Source of the DNA: Xylographa opegraphella
Lineage: Eukaryota
DNA: 64,000 bases
Direction: 5' to 3'
NCBI GenBank assembly: GCA_022813865.1
Contig: JALDZX010000076.1
Location: forward strand, 1-64,000
In this document: in pieces, positions 39,260-53,439 of the stretch
How positions within the stretch are numbered: the first letter of the stretch is position 1
Layout: every line of letters begins with the position of its first letter
Program-made: the position numbers and the translations under genes
The notes under the pieces: model-generated
The model's input: only the letters and a program-made list of their open reading frames with translations
The model's database searches: none
What the model was told of the DNA's origin: nothing

Positions 39260-40127
39260 CGATCACTTGTAGTCTGCAAGGCCTCATGAAGAATTGGCGG
39301 TCATGGTATATAATTATCTCAATACGACGAGTAGCGACACCTATACGGTACAGTAAGAATCCGTGACTCGCGTTCCTGGCGAGAGAATGACGTCGCGCTT
39401 TCCCCTGTCTATTTTGGCAAGCAATCGATGTTACCGGCCGCAGCAGGAGTAATTAACAACTCCGTCAACAGCGTAGGTAGGCAAAAGGAGAGAGTGGTTA
39501 CGAGGTGTCAATTGCAGTACTGCTTTACTTGCAGGTGCACGGAATTGGGAGGTTGCCTGTGCCCACCTTTACTATCGATAACTGAGCCTTGTGATGCTTG
39601 GCACGGGAGTGGAGGAAGCTGTGCTATACTCAGGCACGTGAGTGACTGATGTGCTTGTGATTTTCACAAGTGCGCTTAGCAGCTCGTACACGGTAACTAC
39701 GGTGGATACTTTAGAATGGTTAATGACAACGCAACGATTGTTCCAGCTTGTGTCATTTTGTAGTAGTGAAAAAGCTATGCTTCCACCAACCAGACACCCC
39801 CTAGCTATGTACAGTGGGGAAAATCGCCTCTGCCTCCAAGGCAGCTTTTGTGGCTCGCCGACGCCGAAGAACCGCCTGTAAATGCATGCAATGTGCTGCG
39901 CGCAGGTATCGTACTTAGCATCCCAACCGAGAACCGACCACCAAGTCTATCAGGATACATCCGATGCCGCGGTATGCAACGCCAGAAAGGATGTGCTCTC
40001 GAGTCTTTCCAAGACTAAGAGGGCTAGATAAGAGGTCCGAAAATGCAGGATACCTTAGGTCAGAGTGTCTACGCAGCCTGAGTAGATGCTGCAGCCTTCA
40101 TGAACTCTGTTCGAGGTCGGCTAAAGG

Positions 40128-41440
40128 TCATAATATCGACAAATTATCCGAGTGTTTACTGAAGTATGCTTTGGCCATCTCGTATGAGCTCCTACGACAG
40201 ATATTAGTCGTTTGGTTCCAAAACATTCATAATTCTGAGACTTACCAGCATATTGCTGTGCTTGGCATAGCTGTGATGATTCGCGGGCGCCAGCCACGAA
40301 AGAATCCTCCATAGCCATACTGCTGCTTAATTATCGAAGCTGCAACCCAAAGACCTTTTGCGGATCGAATCCTGGCATCAGTGGCTGTTCCTCTAGTCTG
40401 TAAAAGGGTTTTTATGACATCTAATGGGGTCGTCAAACCAGCTGCGAAGCCTCCGGCTAAGCCACCCGCCATACAATGCGTAAGAGGATCGTAAGCTCTT
40501 GAAGGATTCATGACTTTCGATACAAACTCGTAGGCCATGAATTGGAGCGCAGTATATGGAACAGTCATACAGAGCGTCGTCGGGTAGGAGACATAAAACG
40601 CTTTCAGTCCTTCCTTGTGGTAAACACGCCGAGCACATTGGGTAATCGTCCTGTGAGTGGAGCCATGTATCTGCATACGCTGTTTGATAACTGGTTTTCC
40701 CGTGAGTAAGAGCCCATACACGAAGTTCCACTTATAACCTACCATCGAAGGGATTCATGAGTGCATCGCTAGCAATGGTTGCACATGCTCCACTGGTTGC
40801 TGGGAAATTGTTAACAACCGCATTTTGACCAATATCCTAATAAATCGGCTATACTTACCAGCAGCTAACGGATGGTGTGTGGTTCGATCGTTCCCACCCA
40901 TTGCCTGCTTCACAGCTTCGTATGTAGCAAAGTACACCGCATGCGCCGGACCTGTCTCATTGTTCAGTCATCACCAAAGATTCGGGATTAGACCACCCTC
41001 ACCAGCACCCACGATGACACTGGTCATTCCACGCCATAGAGATTGCGTGCCCTCAATTCTCGTTATTGTCGTGAAAGCATTCGTAAGACCGGAGTAGATG
41101 GCTCCCGGCGAAGGGTTGATGACCTGTAGACGGGTCTAGAGGCCAGTCAGAGACAACGCAGAACACACACTGTTCAAGCACTACCTTGAGTAGATCGACA
41201 GGGTACATAACAGTATGCTCCTACGATCTCATTAGTTCCGATACAGTCATTGCCCTTCCTTTCTGAATCACTAACCGCTATTCCCGCGAATGCGCCAGCC
41301 AGCATATTGTAACCCAAAGTGAAGGTTGGTGGAAGACCTTCATAACTATCGAAAAAATCAGCAGGCAGTTCAGAGCGAATGATCCCACGCAGGTAGACAC
41401 ACTCGTACTCATCCACTTCGAGGGGGTTATGGGCCTCCAT
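40128..41440 (-). CDS. MRS3: Mitochondrial iron carrier (mitoferrin)
   Basis: Motifs YEGLP, MLAGAFAGIAEHTVMYPVD, GAGPAHAVYFATYE, NPFDVIKQRMQ and TTPLDVIKTLLQ. Multi-exon. Confidence 0.92.
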
Positions 41441-42238
41441 CGGTATTGTGGGCCTGCACGACGAGCTGCGTAGGACTCTTGAGGTGATCGCAAGGACGCG
41501 CAGGAGCTATGAGGGAGACGGTGTGAATATTAAATTTGACATAGGGAGGAGCGCAAAGCGGTCAGCGCTTTGTCTGCGCCGAGGGACCACTTTGGTGCAG
41601 AATAGACATTGCACGAAAAACAGTCGCGGCGATGATGATGACCTCAACTTTAAACATTTTCTTCTGTGGTTAGGACCCCTGTATTAAACCCCGACCGTCG
41701 GCCGAACTTCAGTGACCTGATAGATAGATGCCACAATCTACCCCGACTTGGCTTCTTCGTCTTCCCTCATCTCCTGAAGTTCCATGAGGGAATATAACCA
41801 CGTATAGTTCGAGCAAGAGACTGGTATTGCGCGAAATACGCAACCGCGAGTAGCTCAATACGACAGCTCGCTTGTCTCTACTAGGAGGAGATAAATGTTG
41901 GAATTAATACTTAGATTAATAAATATATGGTATATGTGATGGACGCTTGTTCGCGTACATATTCGTGTATAACCCAGTGGAACAGGCTCTTTGCCCAGCG
42001 ACACCACGTCGAAGTCAGACCTAACTTAGTGACACTTGCTGTGCATAGAACATAATCGTACACTTGCCATTTTTGCAAAACGGATGCTGACAAGTGGAGG
42101 CCCAAAAATCCCTGGCTTAACACACGAAAGAGATGCTAGACATGCTGCTTTACCCCTACGGTATAGCATGCATCATTTCGATCAACGCCACCTCGAATGC
42201 AGATCTCCACATACAGCCTTAGAAGAAATGCTATATAA

Positions 42239-45109
42239 CTAGATATTAACGCCAGCTCTCCGGCCTTCTGTTTGCGCCTTGGTGAAATTGGCCATGAGGC
42301 CTAAAATTCCGGGATTATTGTCATTCAAAGATGATGGAATCTCTCCATCAACATTGTCGTCCTCGTCCATAATACCTGCTCGTGTCGTCGTCCAAGATTC
42401 GCCTGTTGTACTGTCGTAAGATTTGCCTGCGTTCGCGCTTACCCGTGACTGGACGTCTGGAGTTTCAGTATGTGCCAATTCACCATCTTCAACGACTTCA
42501 GCAGGGGGTTTCAGAGACGCTTGAAGTCGCGATGGGACTCCCAGCTTATGCTTTGTTTTCGACATTGCTGGCAGAGGTTGATGCTGCGGATCCAACAATA
42601 CAGAGGTCATCGGGGAAGCCAGGCCGCCCAACGGAGCGAAGCGTGGTGTACGCTGGGATACATGAAGGATACCAGGAGGAGCCTGCCGGCCTGAAGATTT
42701 TGGCTGACGATCAGCTCCAATGTTCCTGATTATCCCAGACGTGTGGGCTTGCCCAACGAATGTGGGTGAAGTAAGCCCTGGAAAACTGGGCGGAGGGTGG
42801 AATTGCGGCCGATTCGATTTTGTCTGGTGAAGGTAAGGCGCACCTTGCTTGGGGTTTGTCGCATAATTGTCTAGAAAATTGTAGTAAGACGCCAGCATTT
42901 TGCCGTCTTTCGTAGCAAAGTAGTCTCCACGAAGGTCAGAGGCCTCGTCAGGTCTCGATTGACGTGACTGAGGCGCGTTGCTTCCCCCCTTCTTGAAGTC
43001 GAAGACCGCAAAAGAGCAGACGTGGCCTAGACCATCCACGTGAACAGTAAATTCCCTGAAAAAATCGACAATTCGTTCGCTACACTTTGGTAGACTATAC
43101 CAAAGAACGAACGGTGTGAAGATAATGCTTAGAATTTCCTCAAGAAATATTACAACTTTCATCTGGTAAAGGACTGCGAACTCCTTCCGAACGTCGTCAC
43201 TATGTAATCGGCCCTTCCAGTGGTATGGTTGGTAATGAGTATAGTCTATGACATTGTTAAGCGCGTACTCCGGATCGAATACTAGATTTTCCTCCGGAAC
43301 GACCCCCCTTGCTACAGCCCATATACTGCCAAAGACGCCAAGATAAAAGAGCACTGTTCTTTCTGGTGTGATCTCGAAGCCAAGGAAGATGTCAGGATCG
43401 ATGACTGAGGCTAGTGCTAGAACAGAAGCAAGGGCACCAGTTATGAAGGCAATGAAACGAGAAATTTGGATAGTTTTGTCTTTTGGAAACTGATCAATGT
43501 AACGAGAGGCAAATGGGTATGACATGTTGATTCGCCGCTCAAAAAGATGCCATAGCTCATTGAACTCGCGGAATTTCCATTCCGCAAATGGCGTAAATTG
43601 ACGCGAGGAGAGTTGCGATGGATTGCGTTGATACTCGTTGAAGTACCGGAAAAAATAAAGCATCATGAAATAGGTAATAATGAATGGAGCACAGATGACA
43701 TTCATGACACCAGCGAACATAAATCTATTGCGCAATCCATCACAAAGGGCCTTCCGACGCGAGTCCTTAAGGAAGAGAGGTCTGACTTGACCCTGATCGT
43801 TGAACACGTAGTCAAGAATACACAAACTTAGATTCCACTCAAGGGTTTTCGAGAAAAGAGGTCTGCTGTTCAAGAATGGTATTGGCAAAGTCAGATCCAG
43901 GATGTCCTTGTTGAATAAAGCGATGAGATAATTATCACGCCGCATCAGTCGATTTGCGATATCGTGCGCATCCATACGTTGCTTCGATTGAGTGCCAATG
44001 AATCGACGATGTTTTTCCGATATTCCGCCCGCGGTAGTCGGATTCGCGTCTCTCAATGCCATCAGTCGCTGGACAACATCCTGCCACGCAATAGTTTGGA
44101 TATCAGTATCTGGGATTTCCAAGAGATAGTGATAGAAGTCGTGCATGTACAGTAATTTCCGAATCTCGAGAATATACTGAAATACTTTAATGACCCATAG
44201 AAAAACGAAGAGCCAGATTAAGAGGTTTGCGAGCCCGGACATATTCTTGGTACACTGCGGTATAAGGATCTCGGACATCTCTTTGCTTCCGGGAACCTTC
44301 TTGTAGTCGACGCAGGATGTTAAAAATGTGCCAAATGCAACAACAAAGGCTAAAGTCCTAACAAATTGGGTCAATATAAAGCGAAACGCAGTGAAGCTCT
44401 GCCATACTTACAGAAGGTTCAAGGCCCTACTCAAGAGTATAGACCATATCCCATTACCAAGAAAGTAGTCATATACATCCTTTAAGAAATTGTCCAGATT
44501 CTCCACGTTTGTCCACCTCCAAAGAGCCTTTTCTTTGCGATCTATTATGTGTATTCTTTTCCCTTGGCTGTTCCGATTATCGTAAGCTTGGGTGGCTTTC
44601 GGAACTTGGTGGAGCTTCTGCTGCTCCTGGGAGATTTGCCACTTTGCCCTTGTGGCTCTTGTCACTGGTCCCGGGATTGGGACGGAGTTTGTGTCCTGAG
44701 GCGAGGCATCGGATAAGGGTCGTATCGGGGAAAGTGGTGCGTCGCTGCGGCCGCCTTCAATCAGTAAAGATAGTGGAACGTCGTCATCGCCGTCGTCAAT
44801 TTCAGCATTGTTGTGTGGCTTTCGCATCCATCGAGGTGCTCGTGCTGCCCCTTTTTCATGTCTGTCAATTGCCGTATTTCTAGTAGGGGAGGCGTTCAAT
44901 TCCAGCTGGCTATCCATGGCATCAGCAAGAGCGGGGTCAAGTTGAAAATCGTGGTTAGCTAGGTTCTCTTCGTCCACTGATGCCATGCCAGCCCTCTCCT
45001 CTATGTCACCGGCATCAGATGAGTCGTCATGTTCCCGTAATTCTTCGTAGATCGATGGTGATCCAGCCGTCTGGGGCAGTAGTCGGGAGAACATGTTAGA
45101 TGCCATCAT
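42239..45109 (-). CDS. ATG9: Autophagy-related protein 9
   Basis: Motifs [48 protein letters not shown] and [13 protein letters not shown]. One intron. Confidence 0.97.
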
Positions 45110-45493
45110 GACCCCGCTCCAGCCTTGTTCTCTGCGAACAACGAGCTCGGTGAGTCGAGGAGGTCTGGTAACGAGTCATCGCGGTGTAAGGACAAAGTTC
45201 CCTACCGAGAAGCTCGCGAGTCCAGTACGCACATGATCAACAGGTAGGGTATAGATACTACTAAGTGACTGTACTGCAACTAAATTAACGTAAGAAGCGG
45301 TGTCAGATGGCAGCCTGAAGTATTGGCGTGTGATGCTGTTCGATACACTTAATACGGAGTAGGTGGACGGGAGGGGTGTTGTTCCGCGTCGTGCAGGGAT
45401 GTGCCCGCGCGCTTCGCCGCATTCAACACTACATTCTCATTCTCCTTTGCGGCAGAATATTGATCTTCGTATAGAAGATCTTCTGTCGCTATC

Positions 45494-47640
45494 ATGACTG
45501 CTCTTGACTATGATGCAAATGGGCTAAGTTCGGAATATGAACTGGAACCCGCAATTCTAACACTACCGCAGAGGTCGAACGCTATTTCGACCAAACTGAG
45601 TAGTATTTTGTCCGCGTCGTTCGTCGACGCAGAGATTCGCGAGGCATTACATACCCTAGATGAAAGAGAAACACGCAATACGCCCGAGACTAGAAGAAAT
45701 CTTCGGTTAAATGCTCAAAAAGAAGTCATTGAACACAATGGAGACATCATCAGGGATTTTGGTCACGTTGCGGAGGTTCGTCCTCTAAGCAACCTACCCT
45801 GAATGGGGGCCGTTCGTTACTGAGACACCGCCAGCAATTGAAACGTATTGGCTCAACTATTGAAAGCCTTAATCGCTGCTGTGAGGATCTACGTGAACAT
45901 GTGGCCATCGCACACCGTGAGACGGGTTCGGTGCTTGAGGAAGCAAATTCGCTTTTCATCCGCAAGCAAGAAAGTGAAACTAAGAAACAACTGCTGGATG
46001 CTTTCGTTGAACACTTTGTCATTTCGGAAGACGATTTGGAAACTCTCACTTCACCTAATACACCAGTGGACGACCGATTCTTTGCCAATTTGTCACGCCT
46101 GAAAAAGGTCCATAAAGACTGCCAAGTGCTTCTTGGATCAGAGAATCAACAACTGGGACTTGATCTGATGGACAAGAGCTCTAGAGACCTCAATACGGCA
46201 TTTCAGAAGCTATATCGGTGGATTCAGAAGGAATTTCGCAATCTTAATCTCGAAACCCCTCAAATGAACACTTCAATACGCAGGTCACTTCGAGTGCTCG
46301 CAGAACGCCCAACAATATTCCAAAGTTGTCTCGACTTCTTTGCAGAATCCCGAGAGCGGAACCTCTCCGACTCTTTCTATGCGGCTTTGACTGGGACGCC
46401 GACGAACAATGGGGCCGAGGATCTCACAACTAAGCCTATCGAATATAACGCACACGAGCCACTTCGATTTGTGGGAGATCTACTTGCATGGACGCATTCT
46501 GCAACTGTGTCAGAGCGAGAATCTCTGGAAGTTCTCTTCATTTCCGAAGGCGACGAGATAGCAAAGGGTATTCGGGCCGGTATAGAAAGCGAGCCTTGGT
46601 CGCAAGAGAGTGTCGAGGCTTTTGATGGCCGGAAATCACTAGAACAGCTCGTCAATCGAGATTTGGCTGGAGTAGCCAGGGCACTGCGACAACGTATTGA
46701 GCAAGTCATTCAAAGCGATGAGGACCCGGTACTAGCTTACCAAATTGCAAACCTGATCGACTTCTACCGTGTCACCTTTGACCGTCTCCTGGGTGCAAAG
46801 TCCAGTGTTCTACTTACACTGTCAACACTGCAACAGTCTGCGCTTCGGCAATATCGTACAACTATGCAGGAATACATCAATACTGTTACGGCTCATGTAC
46901 CTAGGATTTCGCCTGATCTCGATATCCCAGAATTCCTGGCCGAAGCATTAGATAGACTGAAAGCTCTGATGAAAAGCTACGATTCATCATTAGCCCCAGC
47001 AGAGTCACGAGGCACAGGTTTCGTGCCAATCTTGCTCGAGGCTTTGGATCCATATCTCGACCTTTGTGAAAAAATGGCAAGTAAGGCCCAAGAGCCTTCT
47101 CAGACAATTTTTACCGTGAACTGCTTTCTAGCAGCAAAATCGTGTTTATCCGAATTTGATTTTAATGTCGAACGAGTCATTGATATCGAGGAAATAATTG
47201 ATGCCCGCATGTCTAAACTCGTCGAATATCAGCATGCTTTCTTCCTCCACATGTCTGGCGTACATCCTTTACTTGCAGCGCTGACTCCCCTCACGGAGAA
47301 TGATGCAGACTTGAAGCGCATCTCAGATCTTGAGCCGTTCCAAGAACAAGCCTTGATTGACGCAAGTCAGATTTTGGATGATTTTCTGCCATCCGCACTC
47401 ATTGATGCAATGGAGAACCTAAGGCTGCTAAAGAACACAAGAATGGCGGAGGACGTCACTGCTGAAGCTGTCAATTTGTTTGGTGAGGACTTTCAATTCG
47501 TGGAGCGAAAGCTCACGGATGCTGATGCACTATATGAGAGAGGTGATGAAAGGATAGATGATGCTTCAGAAATCCTGGGACCTTCACTACGAACACTCTT
47601 TCCAAGAACGAGTGAAGAGATCAGAGTTCTGCTTAGCTAG
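45494..47640 (+). CDS. COG6: Conserved oligomeric Golgi complex subunit 6
   Basis: Motifs [25 protein letters not shown] and KPIE..AH.PLR.VGD.LAW.HSA. One intron at about 45776-45834. Confidence 0.95.
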
Positions 47641-48248
47641 AGCCGTCAGGTTGCCAAATGTGTTGATTAGCAGTTGACGCAGTGGAAGAGGCAGCTCGTT
47701 TATCTGCCGATATTCGGAACGATTCTGGTTTTACTATTCCGAAAAGTTGTGCGCCAGAGCACTGAATACTATAGTGGGCTCGGGTCGGCACAGCAGCTTC
47801 TTCTGCTGAGCATTCCAGATTCTAGCAGCGCTTTTTCAAACAAACACTGCGAGGATGACGGCCAAGCAAAAGCAGTAGACGTGACAACGTCAATGGGAGA
47901 TATGGCAGATGTCATTTTCACAGGCGTTGTGCACAGCTGGCAATATTCCCTGTGTCCTTGTCATCCTCCATCTGACTAAACAATTACGCCATTGTGTGCT
48001 TAAACCGTATGTACGAGATCCATTGTTATGATCCAGTCGGCTTTGTCGTCATCAAGCAAAGCTTCGTGTCATGTAATCTGGCAGCATCGGTCATGCATAT
48101 ATCTCCGCTTTCGTACCATAATTGTATGCATAATGGTTTTGTTGCGGAAGGAAAAAATAGCGGTACAGGATAAACTCAGATGTTCACTCGCAGTTCATGC
48201 CGCTTTCCATCCGAACCTGAATTCCCATCTTACCTGTAGCTGTTTTGC

Positions 48249-48450
48249 GCCTTGCAGCTACTATTCTTGCACAGCTCAGAACTTCCTAGCTCTCCTTGAA
48301 CTATTCTCCCAATCGTATCATCATTAAGCCGGTCTATCAATCATAGCCGTTGTGTGCCTTGCAGCCACTATTCTTGCACAGCTCAGAAACTTCCTCGCTC
48401 TCCTTGAACTATTCTCCCAATCGTTTCATCATTAAGCCAGTCTATCAATC
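48249..48450. repeat. Recent tandem duplication (~95-bp unit, period ~107)
   Basis: 48249-48342 is nearly identical to 48356-48450. Confidence 0.9.
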
Positions 48451-48884
48451 TCCCAAACTATATTATTCTCTTAGCCCTGTACGACCCTTTCTTACTGCTA
48501 CGCTCTCGCTGAAGAGGACATCAAGTGCATCACTCATTATTCCAACAAACAACGCCCACCGCAGCCTATCGACATAGCAGCTCCGGTCCGTCCAGCACCG
48601 CCAAGCGGAGCAGAACAACGTTTCTCAAAGAAAAAAGTGTCCGATTCATAAAAACAGCACGATTGTCAAGTCCGCACAAAGGCAATTGTCCCAAAACAAA
48701 GCCCAAATCGCGAATAAAGAACTAAACCCAAGCCCACATACATACACGCTCCCATCCGATTTCCCTCCCTCCCTCTCCTCTCCTTCTCTGCACACCCGTC
48801 CCATCCACCGCACCCACCCATCACCGCTGCGCCAAAATCTCAAACTCAAACCCACCCACACATCATCCATCCACCCCCCCCCCC

Positions 48885-48920
48885 NNNNNNNNNNNNNNNN
48901 NNNNNNNNNNNNNNNNNNNN
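48885..48920. other. Assembly gap flanked by poly-C
   Basis: 36 N. Confidence 0.95.
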
Positions 48921-49800
48921 CCCCATAACATCCCCCCCCCCGGCACAACAATGCGCCTCCCCCCCCTCCTCACCCTCCTCACCGCCCTCGCCCTCTCCTT
49001 CTCCTCCTCCGGCCACACCTCCCTCCCCCTCACCCCCATCACCCCTCCCCCCTCCCCTCCCCTCCACATCCTCAACCCCGACCCCCCGGCCCCATCCGCC
49101 TGCACCGCGCCAGCCGCGCACACGCCGAGGCGGCCGCAGAGGCCGCGCTGTAGACGGTATACGGGCACTACGGCGGCGACGGGGGTGGTGGGGGGTGGTG
49201 GTAGGAGAGGAAGGGGCAGAGTGGGGAGGGTTGGGGATGGGGGAGCGTGAGGAGCTGGAGATGAGGCCGGAGCCGGGGCTGGAGACTCGGTAGGGGTGGG
49301 AGGTGCGGGTTTCGCGCTGGGCGCGAAGGGGATAGTTTCCGTAGATGGGGGTAAGGTAAGGAGGAGAGGAAGGCGGGAAGGGAGGCAGTACGTCTTTCTA
49401 GTCTAGGGGTTCGCTTTAGCTGGGTCTGACGAGTTGATCCTCCGGTACCTTATTCGATGCGATCGAGGGCGTGGTCGAAATGACGAGATCGGTGTCGATG
49501 TGCGGCCTTCGGGACGATCTGTAGACTAATGACTTGATGACTTAATAACTGAAGGCTCCGAAACGGGCTGCGCCTGCGAGAGTCTTGCGACAAGAGCTAA
49601 ATCTTCTCGGTAGTAGTTAGCTAACCTACAATCAAAACATATTTCGTGTTCATTAACGACAAGATTTTCCGCCATGCGTTGCCAACATGTCTTTTCATTC
49701 CGCGTCTTGCAGAAGCACAAAACCCCGAATTTGCCCAGCGGGCCGAAAGAGTAAATAGTCATACACATCCCTCTTCCCTCTCCCACTTATCGTCCCGCGC

Positions 49801-51408
49801 CTACGCCCTCGCCCCCGTGATCGGCCGCCCGACCTGCTCGCTCTGCAGAATGACAATGCCAAAGGGATCCCTGTCCCGCTCGCTCACCTCCACCAGCACC
49901 CCCTCATCCTCGACGGCATCCTCCCACCCGTCGCCGCTGACGCCCTCGTCCCTGACCTCGGCGCGGACGCGCTTCCACTCCTCCCGCAACACCGCCGCCA
50001 GCTTCTCCTTCATTACGCTGTGCAGGAAGCCCCGCTCCGTGTTGCTGTGAAAGAGCGTGATGACGCTGGCGCCGCGCTCCGTTGCGGCCAGCGCTTCGTG
50101 GTGGGAGAGCTCGCCGGTGAAGAGGAGGTCGGCGTCGACGGCCTTGAGGACGGAGCCGCCGCTGCCGGCGCAGATGGCAGCGGTCGTGATGTGGATGTCT
50201 TCGACTTGTCGGGACTGCGGGATCGCGACGGGGAAGCCTTTCGGGCTGCCGACTCCGCGGGCGATGCGCTCGATGAGGTGTGTGAGGGGTTGGGGGCTGG
50301 TGAAGGTTACGAGTCGGCCCATACCGGCGTTGGGAAAGCCTGCCAGGAACGGGGTCAGAGAGAAGAGTAGGAGGGGGCGATATCCAGATTACCTTCAACG
50401 CCGGTGACGGGATGAATAACGGTACGTTTGTGACTGGCCGAGGAGCTTTGGGTTGAGTGTCAGTGGGTTTTCGCTTTCATGTCTTCTCCTCAACAATATA
50501 CGCACGGAGTCAGATCTGGCTGCTCTTTCTCCCTCTCCCTTTCCTTGTGGTTCGGGTACGTCGGCCTTGAGTATGAGCGCGCTAGCGCCATCCTTTGTAA
50601 CTCTTTCTTATGCGTGCTCTTTTGCGCACTTTTCTCGACGAATGGGTCTTCAAGCGGTTTGGAAATTTGATCATCACTTGAGTCGGTGACTGGAGGGCTT
50701 GACTCGGGCTGCTTTGCGGTTTTAGTGGCGGGTTCAGGTTCTGACAAAGTGCCTGTGAGAATGTCGGCAAGCCAGTCGCCTAGCCCTCCTGGTGCAGCAT
50801 CGACGGCCGTGTGAGGGCTATAGACCTGACTCAACAGACTTAGCATGTCGAAACTCGGACTAGAGATGTCGAGCTTACGCTGATGCCTTCCAAGGCTAGT
50901 CGTAAAAGTGACTGTTGTTGCGAGTCGGCTAAGGTGAGCGACTTGAGGCCCCTGAAAATTATGGGATCTGGACCACGTAAGTCAGATTGGCGACCCTCAT
51001 GAAGTATAGAAAGCATATTTTACGATATGCGACGACTACGCAATGGTTGTTTTCGATGGCCTCGTCTGCGACAGCTTTCGTCAAGTCCACTGTGAGCAGC
51101 ACGGAGTTCATCTGCCTTCGAATGGGGTCGAAAGGAGCCTCGAGTAACACTACAAAGCCGTTAATGACACGAAAATCCAGACTACCGTTGTCCAACAGCT
51201 TACGCCCGGTATTGTCGAAGCTCTTGTCGGCCAATGCTTCCGGGTACCTAAAGTAAACAAAGCCCGTCAGCTTCGTTCGTGCGAACAGTGCTTCCCTACA
51301 AGCGTACAGCTTCCTCATAGAATTCACCACCGCCCTTGTAAAGGGTGAGGCCTTGTCAGTGGTATACGTGCTCATCCTGGCTGCTTGTGCCACTGTTCTG
51401 CGCAGCAT
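49801..51408 (-). CDS. NIF3: NIF3-like protein
   Basis: Motifs LYPEALADKSFDNTGLLL, LLTVDLT, YHPIIF, YSPHTAVD, GMGR, ICAGSGGS, TGELSHHE and HSNTERGFL. Multi-exon. Confidence 0.93.
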
Positions 51409-51636
51409 CGATGTACTTAGGGTTTCTTGTGAGTAGAGTCTGGGTCAAGTTAGCTAGTTTCGTAGATCCTGTTTCACTGGTAGCGATAAGCTTAAACTGC
51501 TAGCGTATATCCGGTTCGCGTGACATCATCGATCAGATTAGATTTTGCAAATCAATTTCGATCACTGTCGAGTTCGGAGCGCAAAGTGTACGATCTTCTT
51601 CATCTAATTCCACTCCTAATAATCCACAGCCTCATC

Positions 51637-52014
51637 ATGAGCGCAGAGACGGATGCCCAAGCGGCCGAACTGGCCAACACGTCTGGCATAACTCCTACGT
51701 CCCTCCAGAAAACACTCACGGAGAAGCTCGACGCCGAGCATGTGACTATCGAGGATATATCCGGTCCGACCGCTAGCCATGTCTTCATGCCGTATCGCTA
51801 AGACGAAACAGGAGGTTGTGGCCAAGCCTTCGAGGCCACGATAGTATCGGCCCAGTTCGCAAAGAAGACTAGTCTGGCACGACACCGCCTCGTCAATTCG
51901 ACGTTGAAGACGGAAATTGCTGCCATACATGCGTGGACGTCAAAGTGCTTTACGCCGGAGGAATGGGAAAGAGAGCGTGTGCAGGAAGGAGAGGGTCTAC
52001 CTGCAGGGGTCTAG
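51637..52014 (+). CDS. BolA-like protein (Bol2/Fra2 type)
   Basis: Motif IEDISG|GCGQAF..IVS..F..LARHRLVN..LK.EIAAIHA. One intron. Confidence 0.9.
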
Positions 52015-52420
52015 ATACAGCTCTGGGGCAATGCTTGCGGTACTGTTTGTGAGACCTGAACTGCAAAGTCCAGGAACCCTACTCAGAGTGAGGGGTCCGA
52101 CGGTGACCGGGACAGAGGAGAGATTTGGTCTGAATGACACTTCCTCACAACAGGGTCTGGCAATTGTAATGGTTTCTTAAGTTTGCCATATCATCGACGA
52201 AAGGCCTTGGAGACTATTCGCAGGTTGTTGACAGAGATGAAGCGCATCAGGAATAGGCCTACGCGATATTGTGGGTGTCAAGATTCAGCGATAATTTAGT
52301 CCGTCGGAGGTCTTCATAAGTAAAGGCAGGTGGTATTGGACACTAAGGTTTTGCAGTACACATGTCTCGAGTCGTCTTCATATTGCGCTAGCATAGCCAT
52401 TGATCATACCGAAACCCTAT

Positions 52421-53439
52421 CTACCAGTCCTTCAGTACCTTTTCAGCTGTTGAGGCTGTAAGGAAGTACTAATTAGCTCCGGAAATAACAATGATCATTT
52501 GATGTCAAGTGGAAATACATACCATCCACGCCCGTGTTGTCAGGCTCTACGTGGACTTGCTTAACCTTTCCGTCTTCGATCACCAGCGCATAGCGCTTGC
52601 TCCTGTCGTCCCCAAACACAGCTGCGCCGTCGAAAGCAAGATCAAGAGCGCGAGTGAATTCGCCCGTCGGGTCTGCGAGGAAGCGAATCTGTAGGTAATC
52701 AGTCATGGAATGAGAAGAACGAGAAGCAAGAAATCGCAAGACAGCATTCAGTTAGTGATATCGACAAGCTGTATCTTAAGGTAGGTAGGTAACTCTAATA
52801 GAGTATGGCCGACTTACGCCGCTAGCGTTGCTTGGGTCGAGAGCTGAGGCCCAGGCCTTCATGCTGTGGTTGTCTGAATTAGCAGGGGCGTGGTCCTAAC
52901 TCAGGACGTGTTTGACTTACACGAAAGCGTCATTGACGGAGACCACAAACACATGTCCAGCCGAAGAGAGTTTAGGGTGATTGATGTAACTGGGTATGTG
53001 GGAATTCGAGCATGATGGGCCTGGAGTGTGTGTACCTTAGAGTCAGCCGAGGTGTTGATGCCCTACTGCTAAGCCGCAATAGGGAGTGAGCTAGTGGGTT
53101 GTCCATTTTGGGAACTCTTTTGGGGTCGCCTGTGAGCTCAACAGAGAGCAAGCATTTATTGATGGGATTGGAAGATGACGCAATAATGCTTGTATGAGTG
53201 TAATGGAGAAACCTACTGAAGGCTGCCGGCACACCGATGATCAGACCGTTGCCCACCAACTCCGTCGCCAGGTTCACCTTATTCCCGGGAGAATTCTCAT
53301 GCAGGACTGCCAAGTTGGGCACGCTATCACCCACGGTGACATATGCGGGAGCGGAAGCATGGAATGCAGCTCGGGCATGTAGCTGTAGCGACGACGTCCG
53401 AGGAAGACGAGGGAGTAGCCGCCGTGTGGAATACATCAT
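52421..53439 (-). CDS. Peroxiredoxin, Prx5 family, with a probable mitochondrial presequence
   Basis: Motifs GVPAAFS|PSCSNSHIPSY, VSVNDAFV, IRFLADP.GEF and RSKRYAL. Arg/Ser/Leu-rich N-terminus. Multi-exon. Confidence 0.92.

Noticed and set aside
41632..41720. Box C/D snoRNA (ATGATGA...CTGA)
   Set aside because: No terminal stem and no recognisable rRNA-complementary guide.
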